DNA from: Octopus sinensis
Taxonomy: Eukaryota
NCBI RefSeq assembly: GCF_006345805.1
Contig: NC_042999.1
Span: 434,001 to 498,000, forward strand
Direction: 5' to 3'
DNA length: 64,000 nt
In this document: positions 12,398 through 25,425 of the stretch, one piece after another
How positions within the stretch are numbered: position 1 is the first letter of the stretch
Layout: every line of letters starts with the position of its first letter
Made by a program: the position numbers and the translations under genes
Notes under the pieces: generated by a model
What the model was told of the DNA's origin: nothing
The model's input: the letters and a program-made list of their open reading frames with translations, nothing else
Databases searched by the model: none

Positions 12398-14035
12398 TGT
12401 GTGTGTTTAAGACAAAATAGACTAAAATTAATGCAGCAAAATTAAATTCTGATCAAAAGTTTTTCTTTTAGCTTTCATAGAAAGATGGAAATCAATAAAA
12501 ATCACGCAAGAAAAGACTTTAATAGTACTGATTAGCTATCTGCATATAGCATTTTGGGGTATGTATTAACAAGATTTTATTGTAAAAGATTGTTTCGAGG
12601 GTTTCTACAAATCGCATGTTTTCTTTTCTGAATATGTATTAATATTTCTTCACTATGGCCAATTAAATTTCTTAGAATATATTATTGTCCTCCAACTTCC
12701 ATATAGTCGTGGAATCAATTATTTCATTTCGTCTTTCTTCGTTAAGAAACTGAGCATTTTTATAGAATGGTGTCTTAAGGCTATTAACTGACAGCTATAT
12801 TATATTTGTGCCTTTTGTAAGCATTCCTATTTCATATTCTAAGTTGGACAAATAGAATTTAGAGGTACATAATAAAATTCGTACAAGTACAGTAATCAGG
12901 ATCATTATCTCAACTTATAATTAATTTGGGTAAATCAGATTACGTTGTTCTCTGGGATAGGTTAAATAGCTGAATAGGAGAGTTTAAAGGTGTTTTTATT
13001 AAAAATTCTATAATATAGTACAGAAAACATGTGCTTATAATGTGCCCTTAATATACTATGGGGAAGGTTGTGTCACTCGATATGATTTTGCCGATTTCAG
13101 TTTTGTCTCCTACTATCAAATCTTAGCTGCGAGAATCTCATAATAATTCGTTCGAGAATCCCATAATTCAATAAATTGCCTTAATACATTTGCTTAGACT
13201 TTTCTTAAACTTTCTATTCCCTAACAAGGAAAAAATATCATATTAAATGCCGCTACGTAATTGATTCCCGACTTAGTTTAAAAACCAAATGGATTGTCTG
13301 TCAAAATGATAGTCTCCCCTTCACATATGTTTGATTTACGAATCGGATTTTTTCCATCAAATACTTGAAGTCTGTTTTATTTTCCCTAGCTGCAACTGCA
13401 ACATTTTTGTAGATATTCTAAAACGTTGCATTCTATATTGGAAATTCAATTTACAGTACTTCATTTGATATGTATGCTATATTACTTTTTTGCGATTTTC
13501 TATCGGAAAGCCATATATCACTGTTTAATAAAGGACGCAAAACATTAGAAGAATAGGATGTGTATTCTAAGAGAATGCTGAAGTTCCTTTTAGATTCACA
13601 TCACGCCTTAACTAATCTTAGTTTAAATCAACGCTTAACGTATTAATTTTACAGATCGTCATTACAAAACGAAATGTTATGAAAGAAAAGGCGGGAAAAT
13701 AGCACCGTGAGGAATATTCTCAGCCGTTATAAAAATCAATAAGTCAAATAACAAGTTTTATATTCATACTAATAATGGTCAAATGTCCAAAAATATAACA
13801 TTTGAATCAACGCATTTCATTGATAATTGACAGAGGGACAGTAGGACAATTGAAATAGAATTCGATTGAAACGAAATATCCAGAAGCAGAAATAGAATAT
13901 GGAATAGGAGATACGCATCTTGAATATGTTATCTGAAGGTGCGGTTAATTAGTTTTAAGCTTCGGTGTTTTGTCAATATATCGATCAGCAAATAAAACAA
14001 TATGTAAACCATTTATTTAAAACTTAGATGAAAGA

Positions 14036-15030
14036 GTAAAATTACATGGTTTGTTGCACTAAAGTTGAACTATATCTCGTGGCCGACATTATTCTAGTTA
14101 TTTCGTTAACAGTTTTTAAACTATGAAAATTTGAAAACCGATACGTATTGGTTATTTAAAGAATAATTGATCGAATTAGATATTTTCTAGAAATAAGCTA
14201 GACTGTTTATCTCAGTTAATGTAGCTAGCCACCTTGCTTTTTAAAAACGTCTTTAGCTTCTGGTATACTGTTTCTTAAGATGTTTTTTTTCTATTCAAAT
14301 AACCTAGATGGATAATAACCAAAGTATAGTGGAAGCACTCCGTCGGTTACGACGACGAGGGTTCCGGTTGATCCGAATCAACGGAACAGCCAGCTCGTGA
14401 AATTAACGTGTACTTCACAGACACGTGTACCCTTAACGTAGTTCTCGGGGATATTCAGCGTGACACAGAGAGTGACAAGGCCGGCCCCTTGAAATACAGG
14501 TACAACAGAAACAGGAAGTAAGAGTGAGAGAAAGTTGTGGTGAAAGAGTACAGCAGGGATCACCATCATCCCCTGCCGGAGCCTCGTGGAGCTTTTAGGT
14601 GTTTTCGCTCAATAAACACTCACAACGCCCGGTCTGGGAATCGAAACCGCGATCCTATGACCGCGAGTCCGCTGCCCTAACCACTGGGCCATTGCGCCTC
14701 CACAACCAAGGTATAATGACACACTTGAATATGTAAAATTACATGGTTTGTTGCGCTAAAGTTGAACTATATCTCGTTGCCGACATTATTCTAGTTATTC
14801 CGTTAACAGCTTTTAAACTATGAAAATTTGAAAAACGATACATATTGGTTATTTAAAGAATAATTGATCGAATTAGATATTTTCTAGAAATAAGCTAGAC
14901 AGTTCAACTAAGTTACCTTGCTTTTTTAAAAACGTCTTTAGCTTCTGGTAAACTGTTTCTTAAGATGTTTTTTTTTTATCTCTATTCAAATAATCTAGAT
15001 GGATAATAACCAAAGTCCAATGACACACTG
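14036..15030. repeat. ~300-bp tandem duplication; first copy carries a SINE A insertion
   Basis: 14036-14328 plus 14704-14732 aligns with 14733-15030. Confidence 0.9.
14329..14703 (-). mobile_element. SINE family A, full length, with TSD
   Basis: Flanked by AACCAAAGTATA and AACCAAGGTATA (12 bp, one mismatch). Confidence 0.92.
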
Positions 15031-15052
15031 GGATATTTTCTATAAAATACCA

Positions 15053-15380
15053 TTATTACCTCCACCTTAGCGAAGGCGGAGGTATTGTTTTCAGTCGTGT
15101 ATGTTTGCTTGCTCATAGACGAGATATCTTAAAACCGCTGGATGGATTCGGATGAAACTTTCAGGGATGTTTGGCCTCGTGACTGGCACGAACTGATTAG
15201 ATGGGATGGATCTGATTTTTTCCTTAATTTTTGAGAGCGGTCAGGTTCATTTTAGTATTCTCGTTTGTGAGAGCAGTCGAGATTATTTCAGATATTCTCA
15301 TTTTGAAATTCATCTTCGGCTAATCGTTGAGAGGACGTTAATGTTTCCTTGGCAGAGGTTTGCACTCTCTGAGTGCTCCT
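15053..15380 (+). mobile_element. HINE/DINE-1-like non-autonomous Helentron derivative
   Basis: 5' hairpin acctccacc(15058-66)/ggcggaggt(15075-83); 3' subterminal repeat ggcagaggt (15351-59); terminal stem-loop gcactc-tct-gagtgc (15362-76). Confidence 0.7.
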
Positions 15381-15666
15381 GTTATATATTTTAATGATTT
15401 ATTTTCGCCTTTCTCTGCATTCCGTTTACAAAAAGCATAACTTGCTCAGTCAAAGTAATCGAAGTTAAACAGAATTGTTTATTTCAACAAAATATGTGAC
15501 ACAGACAATTATTGTTTAAATGGCCATTCAAATATTCGTCTTTGTTTATGTTCATCAGTAATCAACACAAAGTTAGCGATAATAACAAGAAACATAGCAA
15601 CTACGAAATATAGTTTAATCTCAATAAACAATTTCATCCTTCTCTTCTGTTATAAATCAATAAAAA

Positions 15667-16167
<501 letters not shown>

Positions 16168-16867
16168 GTTATAGAAGTTGTGCCCAAATCATGCAAAAAG
16201 ATTTTAGGATGGGGAAAACTCCGGCTTCTGGTGATGCTTCATCTCGAGACACTCTGATAGCTTCATTTGTGGAGATCATCGATAGGACTTCTGCAACATT
16301 TAATGGTACATCCTTGAAAGGCAGTCTTCAGGTTGAACTGTAGATCGTGATTACCACCGTCTCCGTGAAAAGAGTGGCACATACTCCACCAGCCGGCAGT
16401 ATACATCAATAGGAAGAATGAAATATCTGATTGCCGTCAGAAGTACATACACAAGGGCATGTTATACAATCCCTGCTGTTAGTATAGACTGCAAACTACA
16501 CGTTGGACACGCGATCTCAATTGTATGAAAATGGTTATCCCACGAACTTTGTACTTTGAATACACTACTGTCGCTAATGAGTCCAAAGTACACAGAATGA
16601 TAACTGAGTGATTGATACTAACCTTTTGACTACCCTAACACATGCGATACCCAGTACGAGGATGTGGTGTCGCTGGATATACCCTACAGCAGACTGACAT
16701 CAAAGTGCAGCCACATCCTGCTTACATCCTGTCTGTACCAAGTGAATCTAAATATAAAAAATAAAATAAGGCATGTCGTTTCGATAGTATCACAGCCACG
16801 TAATCTGAGCTGACGAACAGAGGCTGAAACCCTTATAATTAAATTTGAATTTGTTTTAAAGTCTCTA

Positions 16868-17103
16868 TTCTTATTTCTTTACTGCACACAAGGGGCTACA
16901 CACAGAGGGGACAAACAAGGACAGATAAACGGATTAAATCGATTACATGGACCCAGTGCGTAATTGCTACTTATTCAATCTAACCCGAAAGGATGAAAAG
17001 GAAAGTCGACCTCGGCGGAATTTGAACTCAGCACGGAACGGCAGACGATATACCGCTCAGCATTTCGCCCGGCGTGCTATCAATTCTACCAACTCGCCGC
17101 CTT
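16868..17103 (-). mobile_element. SINE family C
   Basis: Family match. Confidence 0.85.
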
Positions 17104-17190
17104 AAACTCTCTATTCTGTCTTGGAACAGCTGCCGAAGCGAACGTGACCTAAGTTCACATAACTTCAAGTAATAAGGAGCTGAGTGCAAA

Positions 17191-17698
17191 CATGTATGTA
17201 TGTATGCACGTATGTATGTATGTATGTATGTATGTATGTATGTATGTATGTATGTATGTATGTATGTATGTATGCATGTATGTATGTATGTATGTATGTA
17301 TGTATGTATGTATGTATGTATGCATTTTTGCATGTATGTATGTATGTATGTATGTGTGTGTATGTATGTATGTATGTATGTATGTATGCATGTATGTATG
17401 TATGTATGTATGTACGTATGTATGTGTGTATGTATGCATGTATGTATGTATGTATGTATGTATGTATGCATTTTTGCATGTATGTATGTATGTATGTGTA
17501 TGTATGCATGTATGTATGTATGTATGTATGCATGTATGTATGTATGTATGCGTGTATGTATGTACGTATGCATGCATGTATGTATGTATGTATGCATGCA
17601 TGCATGTATGTACGTATGTATGTATGTATGCATATATGCATGTATGTATGCATGTATGTATGTATTTATGTATGTATGTATGCATGCATGTATGTATG

Positions 17699-17745
<47 letters not shown>

Positions 17746-18784
17746 GTGTGTATGTATGTATGTATGTATGTATCTAAGTGTGTATATATGCATGTATGTA
17801 TGTATGTATGTATGTATGCATGCATGTATGTATATATGTATGCATGCATGTATGTATATATGTATGTATGTATGTATGTAAGTGTGTATGTATGCATGAT
17901 GTATGTATGTATGTATGTATGTATGTATGCATGTATGTATATATGTATGTATGTATGTTTGTATATATGTATGCATATATCTATGTATGCATACATGTAT
18001 GTATGTATGTATGTATGTATGCATGCATCTATGTATGTATGTATGTATGTATGTATGTATGTATGTATGCATGTTTGTATGTATGTATGCATGCATGTAT
18101 GTATGTATGTATGTATGTATGTATGTATGCATGTATGTATGTATGAATTGCATGTATGTATGTGTGTATGTATGTATGTACGTATGTATGTGTGTATGTA
18201 TGCATGCATGTATGCATGCATGTATGTCTGTATGTATGTATGTATGCATACATGTATGTACGTATCTATGCCTGTATGTATGCATGTATGTATGTATGTA
18301 TGCATACATGTATGTACGTATGTGCATATGTATGTATGCATGTATGCATGTATGTATGCATGTATGCATGTATGTATGTATGTATGTATGCATGCATGTA
18401 TGTATGTATGTATGCATGTATGCATGTATGTATGTATGTATGTGCATATGTATGTATGTATGTATGCATGCATGTAACGTATATATGTATGTATGCATGC
18501 ATGTATGTATAAATGTATGTATGTATGCATGTATGTATGTATATATGTATGTATGTATGTATGCATGTATGCATGTATGTATGTATGTATGCATGCATGT
18601 ATGTATGTATGTATGTATGTATGTATGCATGCATGTATGTATGTATGTATGCATGCATGTATGTATGTATGCCTGTATGTATGTATGTATGCATGTATGC
18701 ATGTATGTATGTATGCATGCATCCATGTATGTATGTATGTATGTATGTATGTATGCATGCATGTATGTATGTATGTATGTACGT
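17191..18784. repeat. ~1.6-kb (TATG)n microsatellite with CATG/TACG variants
   Basis: Direct inspection; source of the 535-576 aa HTYI/MYVC ORFs. Confidence 0.97.
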
Positions 18785-19286
18785 ACGATTGCGAGTCTTT
18801 GAATATGTGTTCGTGTTGATGTATTGATTAACTCGGAGTAATAATGACTAGATATATCAATGATACAAGGTTACGTGTTAACGAGGAAAATATGACGGCA
18901 ACTGGCTGCTTATTAATGTGAATATTACGGATAATAGATGTTTGTTGTATCAGCTTAATATTTGTATTGCTTTGTCTTCAAGAAGTTTGATAGAAGTCGA
19001 GAAAAAGAGGTGGAAAATAAATATTTACTTTCAATTAGTAGATCAAAGGAGTGAAACATTTCACTGTCACATAATTAGCATGACATTTTTTTCCCTCTTC
19101 ATCCACATATCTCATCAGCATCTGTGAATGGATGCATTTATGCAAGCTTGCACCTATTCACGTACCCGCATATGAACACACACACCCAAACACACGCAAA
19201 CAAGTACGAACATACGTCAGCACACATAATCGCTTACGTCTGCATTTTCTGTCTACGCAGTAGTTTCTCCTGTAATATACAGATAG

Positions 19287-19540
19287 GTGGAGGCGCGTGG
19301 CTTAGTGGTTACGGTTTCAGCATCATGATCGTAAGATTGTGGTTTCGATTCCTGCACCGGGCGACGCGTTGTGTTCTTCAGCAAAACACTTCATTTCACG
19401 TTGCTCCAGTCCACTCAGCTGACAAAGATGAGTAACGCTGCGATGGACTGGCGTCCCTTCCAGCTGGATAACACATGCGCCATTGAAACCGGGAAAGTGG
19501 GCCCATGAGCCTGGCTAGGCTTTAAAAGGGCGCATTTATT
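19287..19540 (+). mobile_element. SINE family B variant
   Basis: tRNA head (gtggcttagtggtta; ggtttcgattcc) and CORE-like domain; the tail differs from that of the 8592 copy. Confidence 0.8.
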
Positions 19541-19542
19541 TT

Positions 19543-19845
19543 GAGGAGGCACAGGGCCTAGTGGTTAGAGCAGCGGACCCGCGGTCGAGGGATCGCGGGT
19601 TCGAATCTCAGACCAAGTTATGTGTGTGTGTTTATGAGCGAAACACATAAGCCCCATGTGGCTCCGGCAGAATGTAATGGCGAACTTCTGACTCTTTCGC
19701 CACAACTTTCTCTCACTCTTTCCTCCTGCATCTTGCAGCTCACCTGCGACGGACCGGCGTCCCGTCCAGGTGGGAAACCTATACGCCAGGAAACCGGGAA
19801 ACCGGCCCTCTTGAACCAGGCGTGGCTCGAGAAGGAACAAACATA
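19543..19845 (+). mobile_element. Chimeric SINE: family A head and body with the tail of the 19287 type
   Basis: A-like head and ctctttcgccacaactttctctcactc body, then ctgcgacggaccggcgtcccgtccag...gaaaccgggaaac, which is shared with 19440-19500. Confidence 0.7.
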
Positions 19846-20002
19846 CAGATAAGCTCGCATTTGTACAGCTACTTGATTCATGTGGCTTGATAGTGAAGAT
19901 GTTCGACTCACAATCATAAGGTGTCGGGTCAGTACTTGGAGCGTTCGGTTCACTGTGTCTCTGATCGAGTTATTTCATGGCTCGTGGTGAAGTTGACATA
20001 AA

Positions 20003-20407
20003 CGTTAGGGCACCGGGCGAAATGCTGAGCGGTATTTCGTCTGCCGTTACGTTCTGAGTTCAAATTCCGCCGAGGTCAACTTGGCCCTTCATCCTTTCGG
20101 GGTCGATAAATTAAGTACCAGTTTCGCACTGGGGTCGGTGTAATCAACTTAATCCGTTTGTCTGTCCTTGTTTGTCCTCTCTGTGTTTAGCCCCTTATGG
20201 GTAGTAAAGAAATAGGTATTTCGTCTGCCGCTACGTTCTGAGTTCAAATTCCGCCGAGGTCGACTTTGCCTTTCATCCTTTCGGGGTCGATTAAATAAGT
20301 ACCAGTTGTGCACTGTGGTCTATATAATCGACTTAATCCGTTTGTCTGTCCTTGTTTGTTCTCTCTATGTTTAGCCCCTTGTGGGTAGTAAAGAAATTGG
20401 TATTTCA
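20003..20407 (+). mobile_element. SINE family C, dimeric
   Basis: Unit junction aaagaaataggtatttcgtctgccg at ~20205-20230. Confidence 0.88.
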
Positions 20408-20744
20408 TGACTCGTTGCTCGAATGTACTCAGCTGTAACGAGTACCAACCAGATGCTGGTGTGGTCCTCTCTTCTTCATGCTGTTACATCATGTATTGTC
20501 CGCCATGTTAACATGAGCAACAGTGGGTCTCCGTCTGGTCGCAGCTATGTAAAAACAGAGAGCAATTATCGAACGCAAAGCAAAAGATTCCAAATCATAT
20601 TGATTTGCTAATGATGGCTGGTTGCACACCACTGTATGCCTCGAAATTATTGTCTGTATTGATATCCACAACGGAACTCTTTTAACACACACGCGCATGC
20701 GCACACACACATACACACATATACATATTCTTTTATTCTTTTAT

Positions 20745-20916
20745 AAATACACGACAGGCGTTTTTCAGTTTCTGTCCACCAAATTCACTCACAAGGCTTT
20801 GGTCGGCCCGAAGCTATTGTAGAAGACACTTGTCCAAGGTGGCATGCAGTAGGACTGAACCCGGAACCAATTGGTTGGTAAGCAAGCTACTTACCACAGA
20901 GTCACTCCTCTGTGCC
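20745..20916 (-). mobile_element. SINE family D, 5' half
   Basis: Family match. Confidence 0.8.
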
Positions 20917-20961
<45 letters not shown>

Positions 20962-20974
20962 ATATATATATATC

Positions 20975-21089
20975 ACCGTGATCCCCGTGACCGACCAGGC
21001 TATCAGATGTTGTTACACATCGCTGGTCACAATGAGCTTCGCATTGTTTTAGCCTTCAAATGACGCCACCCAACTGGCTAAGCGAGCAG

Positions 21090-21092
<3 letters not shown>
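20975..21092 (+). repeat. ~120-bp dispersed repeat inside (TA)n; second copy at 58190-58297 (inverted)
   Basis: The two copies align (catcgctggtcacaatg...cgcattgttttagccttcaaatgac...ctggctaagcgagcagg). Confidence 0.8.
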
Positions 21093-21133
<41 letters not shown>

Positions 21134-22206
21134 ATCAAATGGATGTCTTATAAAACTATTCTGCACATATAAATACAGCCATACCAACAATCCAACGCGC
21201 CTCCATCATCAGCTGCCCTACAGTTATCACCATGGTTTCGACATATACATATATGCGTGCGTGCATGTAAAAAGAGTTCAGTTGTGGATATCGATAAAAA
21301 TATTATATTATATTATATTATATTACATTATACTGTGTTTTATTATGTTACCTCATGCTTCATTAAGGTGATAAAGCTATAAATTGCGATGTGTCACGCC
21401 TTTTTGTTTTTCGTTATATTTCAATTATATTTAATATATTCTTGATACTGCTTAATGCCTTCAAGGTGATAAATGTAAAAATTAAAATATTGAAATTATA
21501 ATTTTTTTTTTTTTAATTCTATATTTATCATCTTTTTAAGTTATAAATTCTTACGTGTTTTAACAACAAATCAAAGCGTGTACTCATTGACAGGGAAAAT
21601 ACATGTTTCGTTTCTCTCCGTCCAAACAAGATCAATAATTATCTTCAACATGTTGATGTGTTTCTTTTCTGTAATTAGCTATATATACCCGTTGCACTGT
21701 CTCTCTTTCAATCTATCCCTCTCCTTATTTCATTATTTCTCCATGTTTTTCCTTTCCTCTTGTGTAATATCACTTGTGAATCTCTTTGTATTTCGTATTT
21801 GTTCTATGGTTCAACTCAATATATTAATAGTACAGTCACCTTCCTCTCAGTCCTGGATCTTATGCTCCTGGTTCGTTACTTCAGTTATTATTTGTTTCTT
21901 ATTACATAACACTTATTAACACTTATTCGCTTCCTTCCTTCACTCCAGTAACTCATTCTCTACCCTTTCTTTCTTACAATCGCATCTCTTATCTGACTCT
22001 TTTCACCATTCAGCAAAACCGATTCCATTTACTTCATTCTTCTTCCGCTTTTCTTCTGTTTGTTTCTCCTTTTTCTATCGGAATTCCTGTGATTTCTGAT
22101 TCTTACTGTCCCTCTATTTAAAGATTATATGTAATTGAATATTTGTAAAAAATATAATTTTATATCGTGAATTATATTTGCCACCTTAGAAGGTAATGAT
22201 GGGTGA

Positions 22207-22420
22207 AATACCTATTTTTTTACTGCCCACAAGGGGCTAAACACAGAGAGGACAAACAAGGACAGACAAACGGGTGCGTAACTAGTACTTACTTTATCGA
22301 CCCCGAAAGGATGAAAGGCAAAGTCGACCTCGGCCGAATTTGAACTCAGAACGTAACGGCAGATGAAATACCGCCAAGCATTTCGCCCGGCGTGCTTACG
22401 TTTCTGCCAGCTCGCCGCCT
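22207..22420 (-). mobile_element. SINE family C (internal deletion)
   Basis: Family match. Confidence 0.85.
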
Positions 22421-22529
22421 AATAGGATCATGATATTGCCTTGTTGTAGGTAAGATATTTGCGAGACGTTTATTAAATCGTTCACAGATATGATGATTTG
22501 AACATATATACGACAGGTTTCTTTCACTC

Positions 22530-22822
22530 ACATTTGATCAAGACTATGTTTAAAATCACTGTGGTACGAAACATTGACATTTAATATATAAAATTATAAG
22601 CAGAAACTGAATGCAGATTCAGATATAGAAGAAGCTCTCTCTCTCTCTATATATATATATAGGATCTTGGGCCTTCAGCCTGTCCTTTCGCAAATATACT
22701 TCACGATGTCGTGAAGCTACTGTTTATTCCTCACTCAGAGATTTATTATTGCTTATAATTTTATATATTAAATGTCAATGTTTCGTACCACAGTGATTTT
22801 AAACATAGTCTTGATCAAATGT
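22530..22822. repeat. Perfect 73-bp inverted repeat with ~147-bp spacer
   Basis: 22530-22602 is the exact reverse complement of 22750-22822. Confidence 0.92.
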
Positions 22823-22949
22823 ATAGCATATATCTGACTACAGTGTCGTAAATATCCAGTTGTTTCGAAAAGCGGTACGGCGAAACTTGGAGTAACGTCA
22901 ATCTCATATTATATTACATAAATCACATATCTATATATTATATATATAT

Positions 22950-22991
<42 letters not shown>

Positions 22992-23028
22992 ATATTATAT
23001 AATATATATATTATATATATATTATATA

Positions 23029-23070
<42 letters not shown>

Positions 23071-23379
23071 ATATATATAATATATATATTATATATGGAT
23101 GAATTATATATATATATATGTATATGCATGTATATGTGTGCGTGCGTGTATACGCGCGCATACACATGCATGTGTTTATGCTTTGTGTGTATTATGTGTG
23201 TCTTCGCTTCTATACCTGTGTGCGTGCGGGTGGGTGTAGGTGTGTAACTGTGTGTGTGTGCACGCGCATGCGCGTAGGTTTTGATAATTCACTCCTCAGG
23301 AGACACAACTCATTTTATCGTTTGATCGAGTGAAGAAGTGAACAATTAATCATATCTCAGCAGGAATCTAATGAGAGAA

Positions 23380-24600
23380 GGACAGCTTAAAGAAGGAATA
23401 ACTGGTTTCTGAAGAGAGAAAGAAGGAGAGAAAGAGGCAGAGAGAGGAGGAGAGAAAGATGGAGGTTAAAAGAAGGAGCGAGAGAAATAGAGGGTGGTAA
23501 ATCAGCAGAGAAGAGCGAGATAAATAGGGGAGGGGGAAAAGAGAGAGAGAAGAAAAAGGGCGACTTATTTATTTCGGCATCAAAGATAATTTTGTGTAAA
23601 ACTAATGGAGGTCTTTTTTTTTTATTTCATTTACGGTTCAAAGGGAAAAATAACAGCTTCAGTACCCGCAACACGAGCTGGAACAACGACAATAATAGCA
23701 GAAACGGTCTCAACATCAAGAAAAACAATATCGTCATCGACAGTAAAGTGAAATAACGACGCCACCGCTAACTAACAAGGGGGAACACACACAATGAGAT
23801 CAACAACAATTGTAACAATGATGGGGGGGGGGTGAAGAAAAATGATGCTTTCATCAACAATAACAACAGCGTAGAAACAACATCCTCTGAAGAAGAACAC
23901 AAGCGAAATACTGAAGAAGAAGAACAACAACAACAAAAAAATGAAACCCCCCAAAATAACGAAGAAAAAAAACAAAGAAAAAATATCAACAAAAGTAGAA
24001 AGAGACTAAACAAGAAGCTGAACTACAACAACAACAACAACAACAACCACAATTACTGATACAACAACAACAACATCAATTATAGTTACAGCAGCAGCAG
24101 CAGTCGCAACGACAATGACTCTTGGCTGAACAATACGAAGCCTTGATCAATTAATTAAAACGTGGATTGCTATTAATTAATCATATCCTTCTGGTTGTTT
24201 CGCGAAAGTTCTTCAACCTCTTCTCCTCCTCCTTCATCACATTCTTCTTGTTCTTCTTGTTCTTCTTGTTCTTGTTCTTCTTCTTCTCCATCAACTTGTT
24301 GTTGTTGTTGTTTTTCTTCTACTTTTTCTTCTCCATCAACTTGTTGTTGTTCTTCTTCTTCTTCTCCATCATCATCATCATCATCATCTTCTTCTTCTCT
24401 TTCACTTTTTCTTTTTTTCTTCTACTTTTTCTTCGTCTTCTTCTTCGTCTTCTTCGTCTTCTTCTTCTCCTCCTCCTTCTTCTTCTCCTCCTCCTCCTCC
24501 TCCTTCTTCTTCTTCTTCTTCTCCATCTTCTTCTCCTCGTTGTTGCTGCTGTTTCTCTTCTCAGAATCTCATCGTCGACCCTTTCTCTTTCATCTTATCT

Positions 24601-24641
<41 letters not shown>

Positions 24642-24720
24642 TCTCTCCCTCTCTCTTTCTTCTCCCTCACCGCTTCACCCTGTCTTGTTTCACCGAACTC
24701 TAATCGCGATTTGTTTTTCT
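23380..24720. repeat. Low-complexity block: AG-rich, CAA/CAG-rich, then TTC/CT-rich
   Basis: Direct inspection. Confidence 0.85.
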
Positions 24721-24864
24721 CTGGCGATATAATGATATCGATGCTATAATGAGAACATTAGGATAAAGATGATTTCACTGACAATTGATAAAATCTAGAA
24801 TAATCAACATATACATGCATATATAAATGTGTGTGTATATGTTTCTGTGTGTATATATCTGTGA

Positions 24865-24900
<36 letters not shown>

Positions 24901-25425
24901 CTTCTTCCACTCCATCTACCTTCGATTTTTCCTTTCCTTTGATGCCATAATGAGAAAATGAAAAGAAAGAGGATTTCATCGACAATTGATAAAACTTCTT
25001 TGAACATATATATACACACGTATATACGTATGAACTCTGATATGATATACATGAATATATATCAACAATAATATATGTATACGCATATATGAATAACTCT
25101 TTCAGTATGTTGTGCGTGTGCGTGTGTGTGTGAATGTGTTTCAACGAAGAGTGCAAAGAGAGAAAGATGAAACCAACACAGGAGCATAACTATTGAAAAG
25201 ATGGCTAGACTAAAAAACTTACCTGGGATACAAAGCTTGTTTTTATATCACGCTACATTCGTTCAAATCATTAGTTACTACCGCCTCAGATGTATGTAAA
25301 CCTCCGATGGGACAAAATACCTCCACAAAACAAGCGCATAATGACCTTATTCAAATGCCTTTGGCGAGGATGTAAACTTTTGATCGGTGACGATTCCAGC
25401 AAAATAGGTTTTTAGTTTTGAAAAC

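Noticed and set aside
16806-16835. Hammerhead-like tgag-CTGACGA-acagaggct-GAAAC-cctta
   Set aside because: Stem II is only 2 bp and the cleavage triplet is missing; at best a relic.
17028-18827. Long ORFs (up to 576 aa) such as HTYI/MYVC, and all IYIY, LSIY and CVCV ORFs elsewhere
   Set aside because: They are translations of (TATG)n, (TA)n, (TATC)n and (TG)n repeats, which lack stop codons by composition.
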